Positions 44,884 through 54,857 of a stretch of DNA of 64,000 nucleotides are shown in pieces. Both the position numbers and the translations under genes were made by a program. The stretch lies in the NCBI GenBank assembly GCA_963806225.1, contig CAWDXG010000001.1:544001-608000 (forward strand), given 5' to 3'. The first letter of the stretch is position 1; each line of letters opens with the position of its first letter. Source of the stretch: an uncultured delta proteobacterium. GTDB lineage: Bacteria > Myxococcota_A > Polyangia > Polyangiales > Polyangiaceae. The notes beneath the pieces are model-generated. The model did not search any database and had not been told where the DNA came from. It worked only from the letters and a program-made list of their open reading frames with translations.

Positions 44884-45684
44884 CTACTTGAACTTCGCTT
44901 CGCGCTTGTCGCGGAAGGCTTCGTAGGCTTCGCGGAAGTCGGGGTGGAGCATGCAGGCGGCCTGGGCTTCGGCTTCGAGCTCGAGGGCGCTCGACAGATC
45001 CGTGTCGGCTTCGCGATCGAGTAGGCTCTTGGTCATCTCGATGCCGAAGGCGGGGCCGCGGGCGAGCTTCTCGGCGAAGGCCCGCGCTTCCTCCATGAGC
45101 TTTTCGAGCGGGACGACACGGTTGTACAGGCCGATGCGCTGCGCTTCGTCGGCCTTGATGAAGTCGCCGGTCATCAGAAGCTCCGTCGCGCGGCCCAGGC
45201 CGATGATGCGCGGCAGCATCCACGCCATGCCCATGTCCGCGCCGCTCAGGCCGACCTTGGTGAAGAGGTAGGCGATCTTCGCCTTCTCCGAGGCGATGCG
45301 CACGTCGGCGGCGGTGGCGATCACGGCGCCGGCTCCGGCGACGGTGCCGTTCAGCGCGGCGATGATGGGGCGGCGGCAGCCGCGCATGGAGGCCGTGAGC
45401 CCGCAGGTCATGCGCGTGAACTCGAGCAGGCCCTGGTGATCGCGCTCGAACAGGGCGCCGATGATGTCTTCCACGTCGCCGCCGGAGCAGAACGCGCGCC
45501 CCGAGCCGGTGATGACGACGGCGCGCACACCGGACTCGGTGTCGAGTGCGCGGAAGGTGTCGACGAGCTCGCCGTAGATCTCGAAGGTGAGGGCGTTGAG
45601 CCGGTCGGGGCGGTTCAGCGTGATCGTCGCGACGCCGGTTTCCGCGTCGTGTTCGTAGAGAAAGCTCTTCGGGGCCAGGGGCAT
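44884..45684 (-). CDS. Enoyl-CoA hydratase/isomerase family protein
   Basis: LNRPDRLNAL, AFCSGGD, AGAG and VGLSGADMG. Confidence 0.92.
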   Translation of the reverse strand: MPLAPKSFLYEHDAETGVATITLNRPDRLNALTFEIYGELVDTFRALDTESGVRAVVITGSGRAFCSGGDVEDIIGALFERDHQGLLEFTRMTCGLTASMRGCRRPIIAALNGTVAGAGAVIATAADVRIASEKAKIAYLFTKVGLSGADMGMAWMLPRIIGLGRATELLMTGDFIKADEAQRIGLYNRVVPLEKLMEEARAFAEKLARGPAFGIEMTKSLLDREADTDLSSALELEAEAQAACMLHPDFREAYEAFRDKREAKFK

Positions 45685-45699
45685 GTCGCTCTCTTTTCG

Positions 45700-46104
45700 T
45701 CAGGCGGGGATGACGGCGGTGGCTTCGATCTCGACCTTGGCGCCCTCTTCGAGCAGGGCGGCGATCTGGATCAGGCTCATGGCGGGGAAGTGCTTGCCCA
45801 TCACGCGGCGGTACTGGGCACCGACCTCGCGCGACTGCGCTACGTATTCGTCCTTGTCGCTGACGAAGATGGTCAGGCGCGTGACGTGCTCGGGCTTGCC
45901 GCCGGCGGCTTCCAGCACGGTGGCTACGTTCTGGATGGCGCGGCCGAACTGCTCGCTGAAGCGCTCGGAGACGATCTGTTCCTTGTCATCCCAGCCGACC
46001 TGGCCTGCGACGAACAGAAGTCGCCCGCCGGGCTCGCACAGGACACCGTTGGAGTAGCCCTTGGGGGCGCCGAGGGCTTCGGGATTGATCAGCTGATGGG
46101 TCAT
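45700..46104 (-). CDS. RidA/YjgF-family protein
   Basis: GYSNG, AGQVG, HFPAMS and VEIEATA. Confidence 0.9.
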   Translation of the reverse strand: MTHQLINPEALGAPKGYSNGVLCEPGGRLLFVAGQVGWDDKEQIVSERFSEQFGRAIQNVATVLEAAGGKPEHVTRLTIFVSDKDEYVAQSREVGAQYRRVMGKHFPAMSLIQIAALLEEGAKVEIEATAVIPA

Positions 46105-46114
46105 GGTTTTCCTC

Positions 46115-46891
46115 TCATGCGAGCAGCCCGCCGCCGTCGATCACGACAGCCTGTCCGTTGATGCCGCCGGCTTTGTCGTCGCACAGCGATGCGACCACGA
46201 AGGCCACCTCGCTGGGCGTGATCAGTCGCGTCTGGCTGGCGGTGCGCAAGATCGCCGCCAGCGCGTCTTCACGGCTGAGCTTGGTCTGCTTCATCACGCG
46301 CTCGACCGACTCGATGGTCATCTCGGTGTCGACATAGCCGGGGCATACGGCGTTGACGGTGACGCCCTTCTTGGCCACCTCGGCGGCGACGGCGCGCGTG
46401 AAGCCGAGCACGGCGTGCTTGGACGCGGTGTACGCGGAGATGTACGGCGCGCCCATGCGCGACGCGATGGACGCGACGTTGACCACGCGCCCCCAGCCGC
46501 GCGCCGCCATGTCCACGACGAACGCCTGCGTGCACAGGAACGTGCCCGTCGCGTTCACCGCCATCACGCGGTTCCACTCCTCGAGCGACTGCGTCTTGAC
46601 CGGCGCGGACGTTGCGATGCCGGCGTTGTTCACCAGGATGTCGACCTGGCCGAGCTTCTTGTTCGCGTCGGCGGCGAGGGCCTGCACGCTCTTTTCGTCG
46701 GTCACGTCGAGGCTCGTGAAGTGCGCGTCGTGACCCGCCTCGGCGAGCTCCGCGGCGACCGCTTCGACCTCGGGCGTGGTGCGCGAGGCGACCAGCACGC
46801 TCGCGCCGGCTTCGGCCAGTGCGCGGGCGACCGCCCTGCCGATGCCGCGTCCGCCGCCGGTTATGACCGCCTTCTTCCCCGCGAGATCCAT
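46115..46891 (-). CDS. SDR-family oxidoreductase
   Basis: TGGGRGIG, NNAG, YTASK and CPGYVDT. Confidence 0.92.
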   Translation of the reverse strand: MDLAGKKAVITGGGRGIGRAVARALAEAGASVLVASRTTPEVEAVAAELAEAGHDAHFTSLDVTDEKSVQALAADANKKLGQVDILVNNAGIATSAPVKTQSLEEWNRVMAVNATGTFLCTQAFVVDMAARGWGRVVNVASIASRMGAPYISAYTASKHAVLGFTRAVAAEVAKKGVTVNAVCPGYVDTEMTIESVERVMKQTKLSREDALAAILRTASQTRLITPSEVAFVVASLCDDKAGGINGQAVVIDGGGLLA

Positions 46892-46957
46892 CCGGCTCGT
46901 GTAGATGAACGGTCGCGAGTCGGCAACGCATGGCCAGCGGACTCCCCCGGTGGCGCA

Positions 46958-46986
46958 TTGACAGTAATGACTGTAACGGTTATTGG
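46958..46986 (+). promoter_or_regulatory. Putative sigma-70 promoter with an overlapping palindrome (possible MerR-family operator)
   Basis: TTGACA at 46958; ACAGT-AATG-ACTGT inverted repeat at 46961-46974; AT-rich divergent intergenic region; weak -10. Confidence 0.5.
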
Positions 46987-46993
46987 TGTAGGT

Positions 46994-47779
46994 GTGACCG
47001 CCACCACCCTCGATTCTCCGCTGGATGCCGCCGGCGCGGCCGAGCCCGAGCGCCGCCGCTACACGATCGACGAGCTGTCGTCGGCGACGGGTGTGCCGAG
47101 CCGCACCATCCGCTTCTACCAGGCCAAGGGCGCGCTGCCGCCGCCGACGCGCTCCGGGCGGCAGGCGTTCTACGACGACAGCCACGTCGAGCGGCTCGGG
47201 TTGGTGGCAGAGCTGCAGGATCGTGGGCTCAACCTGAAGGCGATCCGCGATCTGTTGAGCCGCGCCGACGCGGGCGACGTGTCGGTGTCGGAGTGGCTGG
47301 GCGTGGGCGAGTCGCTGCGCGCGCCGTGGTCCGACGATCGCCCGCGCATCCTGAGCGAGGCCGAGCTGGTCGAGCTACTCGGCGACAAACCGCGCCCCGG
47401 TTTCATCGCCGAGCTGGTGCGTGCGGGGTTGGTGCGGCGCGAGGGGCACGCGCATCCGCCGAGCTATCTGGTGCAGAGCCCGGGGCTGCTCCGCATCTCG
47501 CTCAAGCTCGATCGCGAGGGCGTCGATCTGGAGTCCGTGATCAAGGCGGAGCAGATCCTCCGGCGGCGTCTGTCGCGAGCGGCGGACGAGCTGATCGCCC
47601 ACTTCGAACAGCAGACCAAGACCGATGGCGCCTCGCCGCAGGATCTCGCGCGCTCGCTCGACGCCCTGCGCTCCGCCGGCGTGGATGCGGTCAAGCTGAT
47701 CTTCGCGCAGGAGATGGAGCGCGCGCTGCGCGAGCTGGTCGAAGAAGGCCGCGTGCCGGCGCGCCGGCGTCGGCGCTAG
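46994..47779 (+). CDS. MerR-family transcriptional regulator
   Basis: YTIDELSSATGVPSRTIRFYQAKGALPPP...GLNLKAI; start could be 46967. Confidence 0.9.
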   Translation: MTATTLDSPLDAAGAAEPERRRYTIDELSSATGVPSRTIRFYQAKGALPPPTRSGRQAFYDDSHVERLGLVAELQDRGLNLKAIRDLLSRADAGDVSVSEWLGVGESLRAPWSDDRPRILSEAELVELLGDKPRPGFIAELVRAGLVRREGHAHPPSYLVQSPGLLRISLKLDREGVDLESVIKAEQILRRRLSRAADELIAHFEQQTKTDGASPQDLARSLDALRSAGVDAVKLIFAQEMERALRELVEEGRVPARRRRR

Positions 47780-47816
47780 GTCGCTGGCGACTGCACTGCC
47801 CGACAGGGGGCGGGTG

Positions 47817-47996
47817 GGGAACAGGAAGGCGGGAAGGCGGGAAGGTTTTCTGGGTCGAGCGTTGTGGCGGGGAGCCCGGCTAATCCAGCGGATGCGCGTC
47901 GGACTGCGAAGCCCAGCGCGTATCGTCCCGAAGTGTGCACGCCTCTGGATTGGCCGCAGCGCACCGTGCAGCCTCAAGACCCTTCCCGCCTTCCTG
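47817..47996. repeat. REP/MITE-like long imperfect hairpin between convergent genes
   Basis: ACAGGAAGGCGGGAAGG (47821-47837) is the reverse complement of 47981-47996 plus T49025; inner arms GCTAATCCAG and CTGGATTGGC. Confidence 0.75.
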
Positions 47997-49024
47997 GTGC
48001 GCCAGCCCAAGTCCAGCCGAGGAGGATGCCATGCGTTGAAACCTTGGAGTGAAACCCCGCGGGTGGAAACCCCGTCCGGCCAAGGCCGAGCGTACGCGCG
48101 AGGTACATCCGGAAGCGAGTCTTGCGCTGGAGGGGCGACCCGAAGGCGAAGCGTAGACAGCGAGTGCGTGGGCCGTGTGATTGAGCCGCGTAAAGAAACC
48201 GTTCGAGGCCGACACCGTCAGGAAGGTGGAAGGCAACACCAGACCAAAGGCTGGCTCGAACCGAGGTCAGAGAGCAGGGCACGTGCACAGAAGGGATTCC
48301 TGGAAAGCTGGGAGATCTCGTCGGTGCCGTCTGTTGGGCGGTACGGCGTCGATAAGGAAACGAAGCGGCGCAGAGGCCGGCGAGAAGTCGGAGCATCCTG
48401 ATAATAGTGATGACGAAGGGGAACCTGTCCGATGGGACCCTTCCGAGCGAAGCGGGATGCCGGAACACGGAACTGTTCGGATGAAAGAGAGCCGGGATGT
48501 CACGCTCGGAAACTGTCTCAACGAAATACGAACGGATAGCGGAACTGGCGAAGCGAATGCCGGACGCAGCGCTGTGGTCGCTGTCGCATCACATGGACGA
48601 GGAGTGGCTGCACGAAGCCTATCAGCGCACCCGCAAGGACGGCGCGACTGGAGTCGACGGATGCAGCGCGGATGAATATGGCGAGGAACTCGAGGCGAAC
48701 CTCGAGACCCTGGTCAACCGCGCGCACTCTGGCGAATACCGGGCGCCACCCGTCCGGCGGGTGTACATCCCGAAAGGCAACGGGCAGACCCGGCCGCTGG
48801 GCATCCCAACCTTCGAGGACAAGGTGCTCCAGCGGGCGGTAGCCATGCTTCTAGAAACCGTGTACGAGCAGGACTTTCTGGACTGCTCGTATGGGTTTCG
48901 ACCAGGGCGGAGTGCCCACCAAGCCCTGGGCAAGCTACGCGACACTCTGATGGAAATGCGCGACGGATGGGTGCTGGAAGTCGATATAGGGGGGCCCGGG
49001 CGGCAACGCCCGGGCCTACCCGAC
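47997..49024 (+). mobile_element. Group II intron (IIB-like RNA), internally deleted
   Basis: 5' GTGCG; domain I motifs GAAGCGTAGACAG and GGAAGGCAACA; EBS1 CAGGAA (48219-48224) complementary to flanking TTCCTG; domain VI hairpin with bulged A ending CCTACCCGAC; domain V absent. Confidence 0.9.
48497..48988 (+). pseudogene. ltrA: Truncated group II intron reverse transcriptase/maturase
   Basis: [34 protein letters not shown] and WVLEVDI, then fused to domain VI; no PQG or YADD. Confidence 0.92.
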
Positions 49025-49049
49025 TAGAATCCCCCATCGCCTAGCGTGG

Positions 49050-49865
49050 CTATTCGAGCTTGAACACGCGCTGCGCGTTGTCGTGCAGGAACAGCTGGCG
49101 GGCTTCGTCGTCGAGGCCGAGCTCGTCGACGCCGGAGAGGCAATCGCCCGGGAAGATCATCGGGTGGTTCGAGCCGAAGAGCACCTTCTTCCGGCCGTGG
49201 CCGCGCAGGTACTGCACGAGCTCCGCGGGGAAGCGCTTGGGCTTGTAGGCGGAGGTGTCGATGTAGACGTTTTTGTACTTGGTCGCCATCGCGATCATGT
49301 CCTCGGTCCACGGGTAGCCGATGTGTCCGCCGACGATCACCAGCTCCGGGAAATCGCACGCCACCTCGTCCAGGTACGGGATGGGGCGGCCCGGCTCCGA
49401 CGGGCGCAGCGGTCCGGCGTGCCCGACCTGCAGACAGAACGGAATGCCGAGCTCGATGCACTCGGCGTAGAGGGGATAGTAGCGGCGGTCATTCGGCGGC
49501 AGCCCCCACAGCCACGGCAGAAGTCGGAGCCCGCGGAAGCCGAGCTGTTTCACGGCGCGGCGTAGCTCGCGCACCGCGTCCATCGGCCGGAACAGATCGA
49601 CCGACGCGATGCCGACGAGCAGGTCGGGGCGCGCGTTCACGAAGCCGGCGACGGTGTCGTTGTCGATCAGTGGGCCTTGTGGTCCCCACCACGCCGAGAC
49701 GAGCGCGCGCTCGACGCCCGCGCTCTCCAGCGCGCCGACGGTGAAGTCGATGGGGATCTCCTTCGGCACTTCTTCCATGCCCATCCAGCGCCGGAGCGAC
49801 GCGAACATCGGCTCGGCGAGGAAGCCGGGGGTGGGGTGCTGGATCCAGGCGTCGATGACGGGCAT
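49050..49865 (-). CDS. Amidohydrolase_2-family protein
   Basis: IDAWIQH, YYPLYAEC, GGHIGYPW, NVYIDTSA and LFGSN. Confidence 0.9.
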   Translation of the reverse strand: MPVIDAWIQHPTPGFLAEPMFASLRRWMGMEEVPKEIPIDFTVGALESAGVERALVSAWWGPQGPLIDNDTVAGFVNARPDLLVGIASVDLFRPMDAVRELRRAVKQLGFRGLRLLPWLWGLPPNDRRYYPLYAECIELGIPFCLQVGHAGPLRPSEPGRPIPYLDEVACDFPELVIVGGHIGYPWTEDMIAMATKYKNVYIDTSAYKPKRFPAELVQYLRGHGRKKVLFGSNHPMIFPGDCLSGVDELGLDDEARQLFLHDNAQRVFKLE

Positions 49866-49898
49866 GGGCCGCAGCGTAGCCAGCGCGCCGCGTTGCCG

Positions 49899-50792
49899 CT
49901 ACTTGCAGGTGCCGCTGTTGGCGGCGTTCGGCGTCACGTCCTGCACGCAGAAGTCGACCGAGTTGTCCTGTGCAGCGCTACCGGGGCGGCGCGCGGTGGA
50001 CAGGGTGCTCGTTCCGCTCTGCGCCAATGGCGCGGCGCTGCCGTACATGGTCGTGGTCGGCGCGCTCGGCGCGTTCGCCGGTTGTGCGCCGCCGTAGCCG
50101 ACCGCATCGAGCAGTTCGCCGTTCGACGGGCGGTAGAGCTGCAGCGAGCCGGCGCTGCCGTCGAGGCCGAAGTTGTCTGGCGACGCGATGGTGTAGGTCT
50201 GCTGCGCGGGCGACTGGTAGCCGCCCACGCTCCAGGTGCCGCCGGATGGCATTTTCGTGCCGGAAGGCGCCACCGCCAGGTCGAACACGAGCACCGTGGG
50301 GTTCGTGCCGCTCTCCCAGCGGTAGTGGCGGAGCGACAGATCGCCGATGGGTGCGCCCGGAGGGCCGGAGATCTCGATCCACTCGTGCGCGTCGCCCGCG
50401 AGATTGCGATCGACGAAAACTTCGGAGATGAGCACGCCGGACGTGGATGCGTCGCCGGTCGTACCGCCCGTTCCCGCCGTACCGCCCGCTCCCGCCGTAC
50501 CGCCTGTGCCCGCCGTACCGCCCGCTCCCGCCGTACCGCCCGTTCCGGAGCTGCCGCCGAGCCCGCCCGAGCCACCGCCGTCCACGCCGCTCGAGCCCGC
50601 GGCCGCGCCCGTGCCGGCGCCGCCGCCGGTGCCCGCGCTCGCGCCCGAGCCGGCAGTGCCCGCCGAGCCCGCGCTACCCGCCGAGCCCGCGCTGCCGCCT
50701 GTGCCGCCCGACGTCGGGATGTTGTTGTCCGTCGCCGCGCACGCCACGAGGGCGAGCGCGAGCGCACCTATCCACCACCCGGAATTCCTCAT
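49899..50792 (-). CDS. Lamin-tail-domain-like lipoprotein with Gly/Thr/Ala tether
   Basis: Lipobox LVAC; VLISEV...EWIEI; C-terminal DNSVDF..TP. Confidence 0.75.
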   Translation of the reverse strand: MRNSGWWIGALALALVACAATDNNIPTSGGTGGSAGSAGSAGSAGTAGSGASAGTGGGAGTGAAAGSSGVDGGGSGGLGGSSGTGGTAGAGGTAGTGGTAGAGGTAGTGGTTGDASTSGVLISEVFVDRNLAGDAHEWIEISGPPGAPIGDLSLRHYRWESGTNPTVLVFDLAVAPSGTKMPSGGTWSVGGYQSPAQQTYTIASPDNFGLDGSAGSLQLYRPSNGELLDAVGYGGAQPANAPSAPTTTMYGSAAPLAQSGTSTLSTARRPGSAAQDNSVDFCVQDVTPNAANSGTCK

Positions 50793-50851
50793 GAGCCGCC
50801 GGAGCTTCTTCCAGCCCCGGGGCGACAAGTCAAGCGCCCCCCTGTCCGATG

Positions 50852-51901
50852 CTAGTCGGGCACGGGAACCGCGCCCGTCGGCGCCATGAGCTTGCCGTGG
50901 CTGATCAAGAGTGCGCCGTCCGCCAGCACCGTGCTTTCGGCCTGGCACGCGGCAAAGCTGGTCCGCGCGGTCCAGCTTGCGCCCGTCGCGTGCGCCGCCG
51001 GGTCGCCGACGGCGATGTGCAGCCCCGGCAGATTCTGATCCACCAGCGCTTCGCCGGTGGGTGCGTCGAGCCCGACGTTGACGCCGATCGCGATCAGCCC
51101 GACCCGGTTCGAGTTCTCCGCGAAGGCCAGCATCTGCTCGATGTCGCGCGCGAGCGCGGCGTTGCCGCTGGTCTCGACGCTCCGCACGCGACTGTCCTCG
51201 ATGAACAGGCGTACCGGTTTGTCGAGCAGCAGGCCCTCGCGCTTGCCGAAGAACTCGCCGAGCGAGGCGTTGGCGACGAACGTGCCCTCGACGAGCGACG
51301 GCGAGGCGTACACGGCGCCTGCCGGCAGATTGCCCCAGCGTCCGGGCTCGAGCGCGCCGAGCTGGGCGAACCACCGGCAGCCCCCGGGTAGCGTGACGCG
51401 TAGGCGGGTGCCCGCGCGGCTGTGCGCCTCGAGGTGGCGCGCGGTCTCGAGCTGACCCAATAGCCGCTTGCCGTAGCGCGAGATGCGCGTTCCACCGGCG
51501 CGCAGGCCGCGCGCGAACGCCATCGGGCTGATGCCCGGCATGTGCGCGTGGCGCAGGCCGTAGCGCTCCACCAGGTGCAGCAGATGCTGGCGCATGCCGA
51601 GCTCGCGGTGCGAGGCCTGCGCGACGAAGACGCTCGCCTGCGCGGTGGACAGCTCGCTCACCAGATAGTCCGACAGCGCCTTGTGCGGGCGCGGCCCGAG
51701 CTGATCGAGATCGATCACGAGCGCGAGCGCACCGACCTTGCCCGCCGCGCGCGCCAGCGCATGGGCAATCGCAGCGGAGCGACCATCCGACAGCACGACC
51801 AGCTTGTCGTCTCTGCCGAGATCGAGCGACGACTTGACGACAACGTCCGCTGCGCTCTCGAACTCCCCACTCCGTACTGCGGTGATGGCTTCCTCGAACA
51901 C
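50852..51901 (-). CDS. M29 (aminopeptidase T)-like protein with degenerate metal ligands
   Basis: HMPGI, GNLPAG, VEGTFV, IGVN and GLHIAVG. Confidence 0.75.
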   Translation of the reverse strand: MFEEAITAVRSGEFESAADVVVKSSLDLGRDDKLVVLSDGRSAAIAHALARAAGKVGALALVIDLDQLGPRPHKALSDYLVSELSTAQASVFVAQASHRELGMRQHLLHLVERYGLRHAHMPGISPMAFARGLRAGGTRISRYGKRLLGQLETARHLEAHSRAGTRLRVTLPGGCRWFAQLGALEPGRWGNLPAGAVYASPSLVEGTFVANASLGEFFGKREGLLLDKPVRLFIEDSRVRSVETSGNAALARDIEQMLAFAENSNRVGLIAIGVNVGLDAPTGEALVDQNLPGLHIAVGDPAAHATGASWTARTSFAACQAESTVLADGALLISHGKLMAPTGAVPVPD

Positions 51902-52093
51902 CTCTGTCGAGTATACACGCGATGCCAGCGATTCGAGGCGCCGGGATGGAGGTGGCGAAGCGCTCGACGCGGGGCGTCGTCAATCCCCGTCGGCCGACTC
52001 CGCGTCGGCAGGGTCCGGCTCCGCATCGCCCCGCGTGCCGGCATCGGTCGCGGTTCCGCTGGCGCAGTTCGGGCAGCGGAGAATCCGGGGCAG

Positions 52094-52854
52094 TCAGTCG
52101 AGCCCCCCATCTGGGCCGCGACCGCCTCGTCGAGCAGCGCGCCGAGCACCTCGACGGTGTCGCGTCCCTCGGCCGCGCTGGCCTGCGCCGGGTAGCCGAA
52201 ATAGGCGCGCGGACCGCCGGCGGCCTCGAACGTGGACTTCCCCTCGCGGATGGCGCGGGACAGGCTTTCGGGGTTGTCGGGCAGCTCGCGGCGGATCTCC
52301 TCGCGCACCAGTTCGGGACGCTCGGCCATCACGATCGAGCCCTCGTACTGCCCAGCGTGGCACGCGCCGCTCTTGAACTCGTCGGTGAGCCTGAGCGCCC
52401 AGGGCTTGCGCGTCACATCGGGAAACACGACCGTGAGCAAGCCGGCCGCGGTGATGTGCTCGGCCGCGGCGTGCAGCGCGCCGATGTGCGCGGGCTCGAG
52501 GTGCGCGTTGGCGATTGCGAGATAGCGGATGCCGTGGGCCGACAGCGAGTGCGCGATGTCCTCGAGCAGCGCGCGCTCCGTTTCCGGCCGGAGCGATACC
52601 GTGCCCGCGAAGCCCGCTGCGTAGTTGGCCACGGTGTACGCGAGCGGCGGCGCGACCAGCGCCGTCACGCCGCGCTGGCCGAGCTTCCCGGCCCCGCGAC
52701 GCGCCATCGCCTGCGCAATGATCACATCCGTGCCGAGCGGCAGGTGCGGGCCGTGCGCCTCGGTCGCGCCCACCGGCAGGATCACGACGGCGCGCGCCTT
52801 GTCGAGGGCCCGAAGCTCTTCCCAGGTCAGGTCGGACAGGTCTGTGACAGCCAC
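52094..52854 (-). CDS. Creatininase-family protein (stop probably shifted by a homopolymer indel near 52105)
   Basis: PVGATEAHGPHLPLGTD, NAHLE and CHAGQYE. Confidence 0.88.
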
Positions 52855-52938
52855 GCTCGCATTGTGAGGCGCGTGCCGCGCTGCGCCAAGCCGGCTTGCT
52901 CTCGACCCGGCGCGGGAGGCCGCGTAGGGTCCGGGCCC

Positions 52939-54542
52939 ATGTTCGGCGATCTTCCCGAGGATCTGAACCTGGCCGACCGCTTTCTCGACGCGCGCATCCG
53001 CGAAGGTCGGGGCGCGCGTACGGCGCTCATCGCCGGCGATCGGCGCGTGAGCTACGCCGAGGTGCAGGCGGCGGCCAACCGCTTTGCCAACGTGCTGGTC
53101 GAGCTGGGCGTGGAGCCGGAAGAGCGGGTGATCGTCGGCTTGCCCGACATTCCCGAGTACGTCGCGGCGCTGTTCGGCACGCTGAAGAACGGCTCGGTCG
53201 TGGTGATGGTCAACCCCGGCCTCGATCCGGACAACCTGCGCGTACTTCTACGACTACACGCGCGCCCGCGTCGCGGTGGTGCACGCGGACCATCTGGAAG
53301 CGTTCTCGAAGGCGGCGCTCGGCGCGCGCGATCTCGATGCGCTGCTCGTCGTTGGCGCCGGCGACAGGGCGCTGCCCGCCGAGCTCGAAGGTCCCGCGCA
53401 GGGTAGCGTCGCGGGGCGCCGCCGCGGTCCGGTGCGCGTCGTCGATCTCGACCGACGCATGGCCGCGGCCAGCGCCGGGTTCGACAACTACCCGACGCAC
53501 CGCGACGACGGTGCCATCTGGCTCTTCTCTGGTGGCACCACCGGTCGGCCCAAGGCGGTGGTGCAGACGCACGGCTCGTACGCGAACACGACGGCGCTCT
53601 ACGGCCACGGCGTGATCGGCTACACGGAAGACGACATCACGCTCAGCGTCCCCAAGCTCTATTTCGGCTACGCGACGGGCGCGAACCTCTTGTTCCCGTT
53701 CTCGGTCGGCGCCACCTCGATCCTGTTTCCCGATCGCTGCACTGCCGATCGCCTGTTCGAGCTGATCCGCGAGCACCGCCCCACGCTGCTCATCAACGTG
53801 CCGACGATGATCGGGCACATGGTCAGCCACGAACACGCGGCCGAGCAGGATCTGTCGTGTCTGCGGCGTAGCTACATCGGCGGGCGAGGCACTGCCCGTC
53901 GAGCTGTACGAGCGCTGGAAGAAGGCGTTCGGCGTGGAGCTCTGCGACGGGCTGGGCACGGCCGAGATGTGGCACGTGTTCCTCACCAACCGCCCCGGCG
54001 ACGTGCGCCCCGGAACGCTCGGGCGTGCGGTGCCCGGCTTCGACGTGAAGGTCGCCGACGACGAGGGCCGCGAATGCGCGCCCGGCGAAGTCGGCTACCT
54101 GTGGGTGCGTGGCGCCTCGCGCGCCATCCAGTACTGGCATTCCATGCCGAAGACGATGCGCGCCTTCCGCGGCGAGTGGTACGTCTCGGAAGACATGCTG
54201 CGCCGCGACGCCGACGGCTACTTCATCTACTGCGGCCGCGGCGACGACATGCTCAAGGTCGGCGGCAAGTGGCTCGCGCCGCAGGAAGTCGAGAACTGCC
54301 TGCTGCAGCATCCCGCCGTGAAGGAATGCGCCGTGGTCGGCGTGGTCAACGCGGAAGGTCTGGTGAAGCCGCATGCGTTCGTGATCCCAAGTGAACAGCG
54401 CGACGGCCTCGACGAGGAGCTCAAGGCCTTCGTGCGCGAGCGGATGGAGCCGTACAAGGCGCCGCGCCACGTCGCCATCGTCGACACGCTGCCGCGCACG
54501 CATCTCGGCAAGATCGATCGCGGCAAGCTCAGGCAGGGCTAG
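52939..54542 (+). CDS. Benzoate-CoA ligase-family AMP-binding enzyme (frameshifts near 53238 and 53865)
   Basis: WLFSGGTTGRPK, KLYFGY, SAGEAL, DGLGTAE, GRGDDMLKVGG and LPRT..GK. Confidence 0.9.
54075..54540 (+). repeat. 466-bp direct repeat, copy 1 (3' end of the CoA ligase gene)
   Basis: No mismatch seen against 61008-61473; offset 6933 at both ends. Confidence 0.95.
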
Positions 54543-54857
54543 ACGGGCCGAGTCCGGCCGCCAGCCTGTATTTTGGACGCGGGCCGCCCCTTGTTGAGCA
54601 AGAGAGCGCTCCACGTGGCATCGGGCTGCTACCGTGACCCATCTGTCAGCGCGGCCCGGGCTCGATTCCTCCCCACCGACCACGCTTGGATGAATCCATG
54701 TTTCGTTCAGACATGGAATTCCTAGGGTAAATTTCCCGCATTTTACAGTAATGCCGCGCTTGGGCCGGGGCACCCGCCGAGCGCGGCGTCAGGAGCCGCC
54801 AGAGTTACGTCTTGACGCTTCCGTTCGGCAGCGCGACCCTCCTGCACGGAGGCTCGC

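Noticed and set aside
48497..49027. RT as a retron, DGR or defence RT, with the 466-bp repeats as TR/VR
   Set aside because: The RT lies inside group II intron termini and is truncated; the repeats show no adenine-specific differences.
51715..52093. C-terminal extension of the creatininase ORF
   Set aside because: Low-quality sequence overlapping the next gene; one extra base in the C6 run near 52105 gives a stop at 52094.
54690..54750. AT-rich inverted repeats (TCCATGT...ACATGGA; GTAAA...TTTAC) as att or oriT sites
   Set aside because: No matching site at the other cassette end and no cognate enzyme; more likely promoter or operator sequence.
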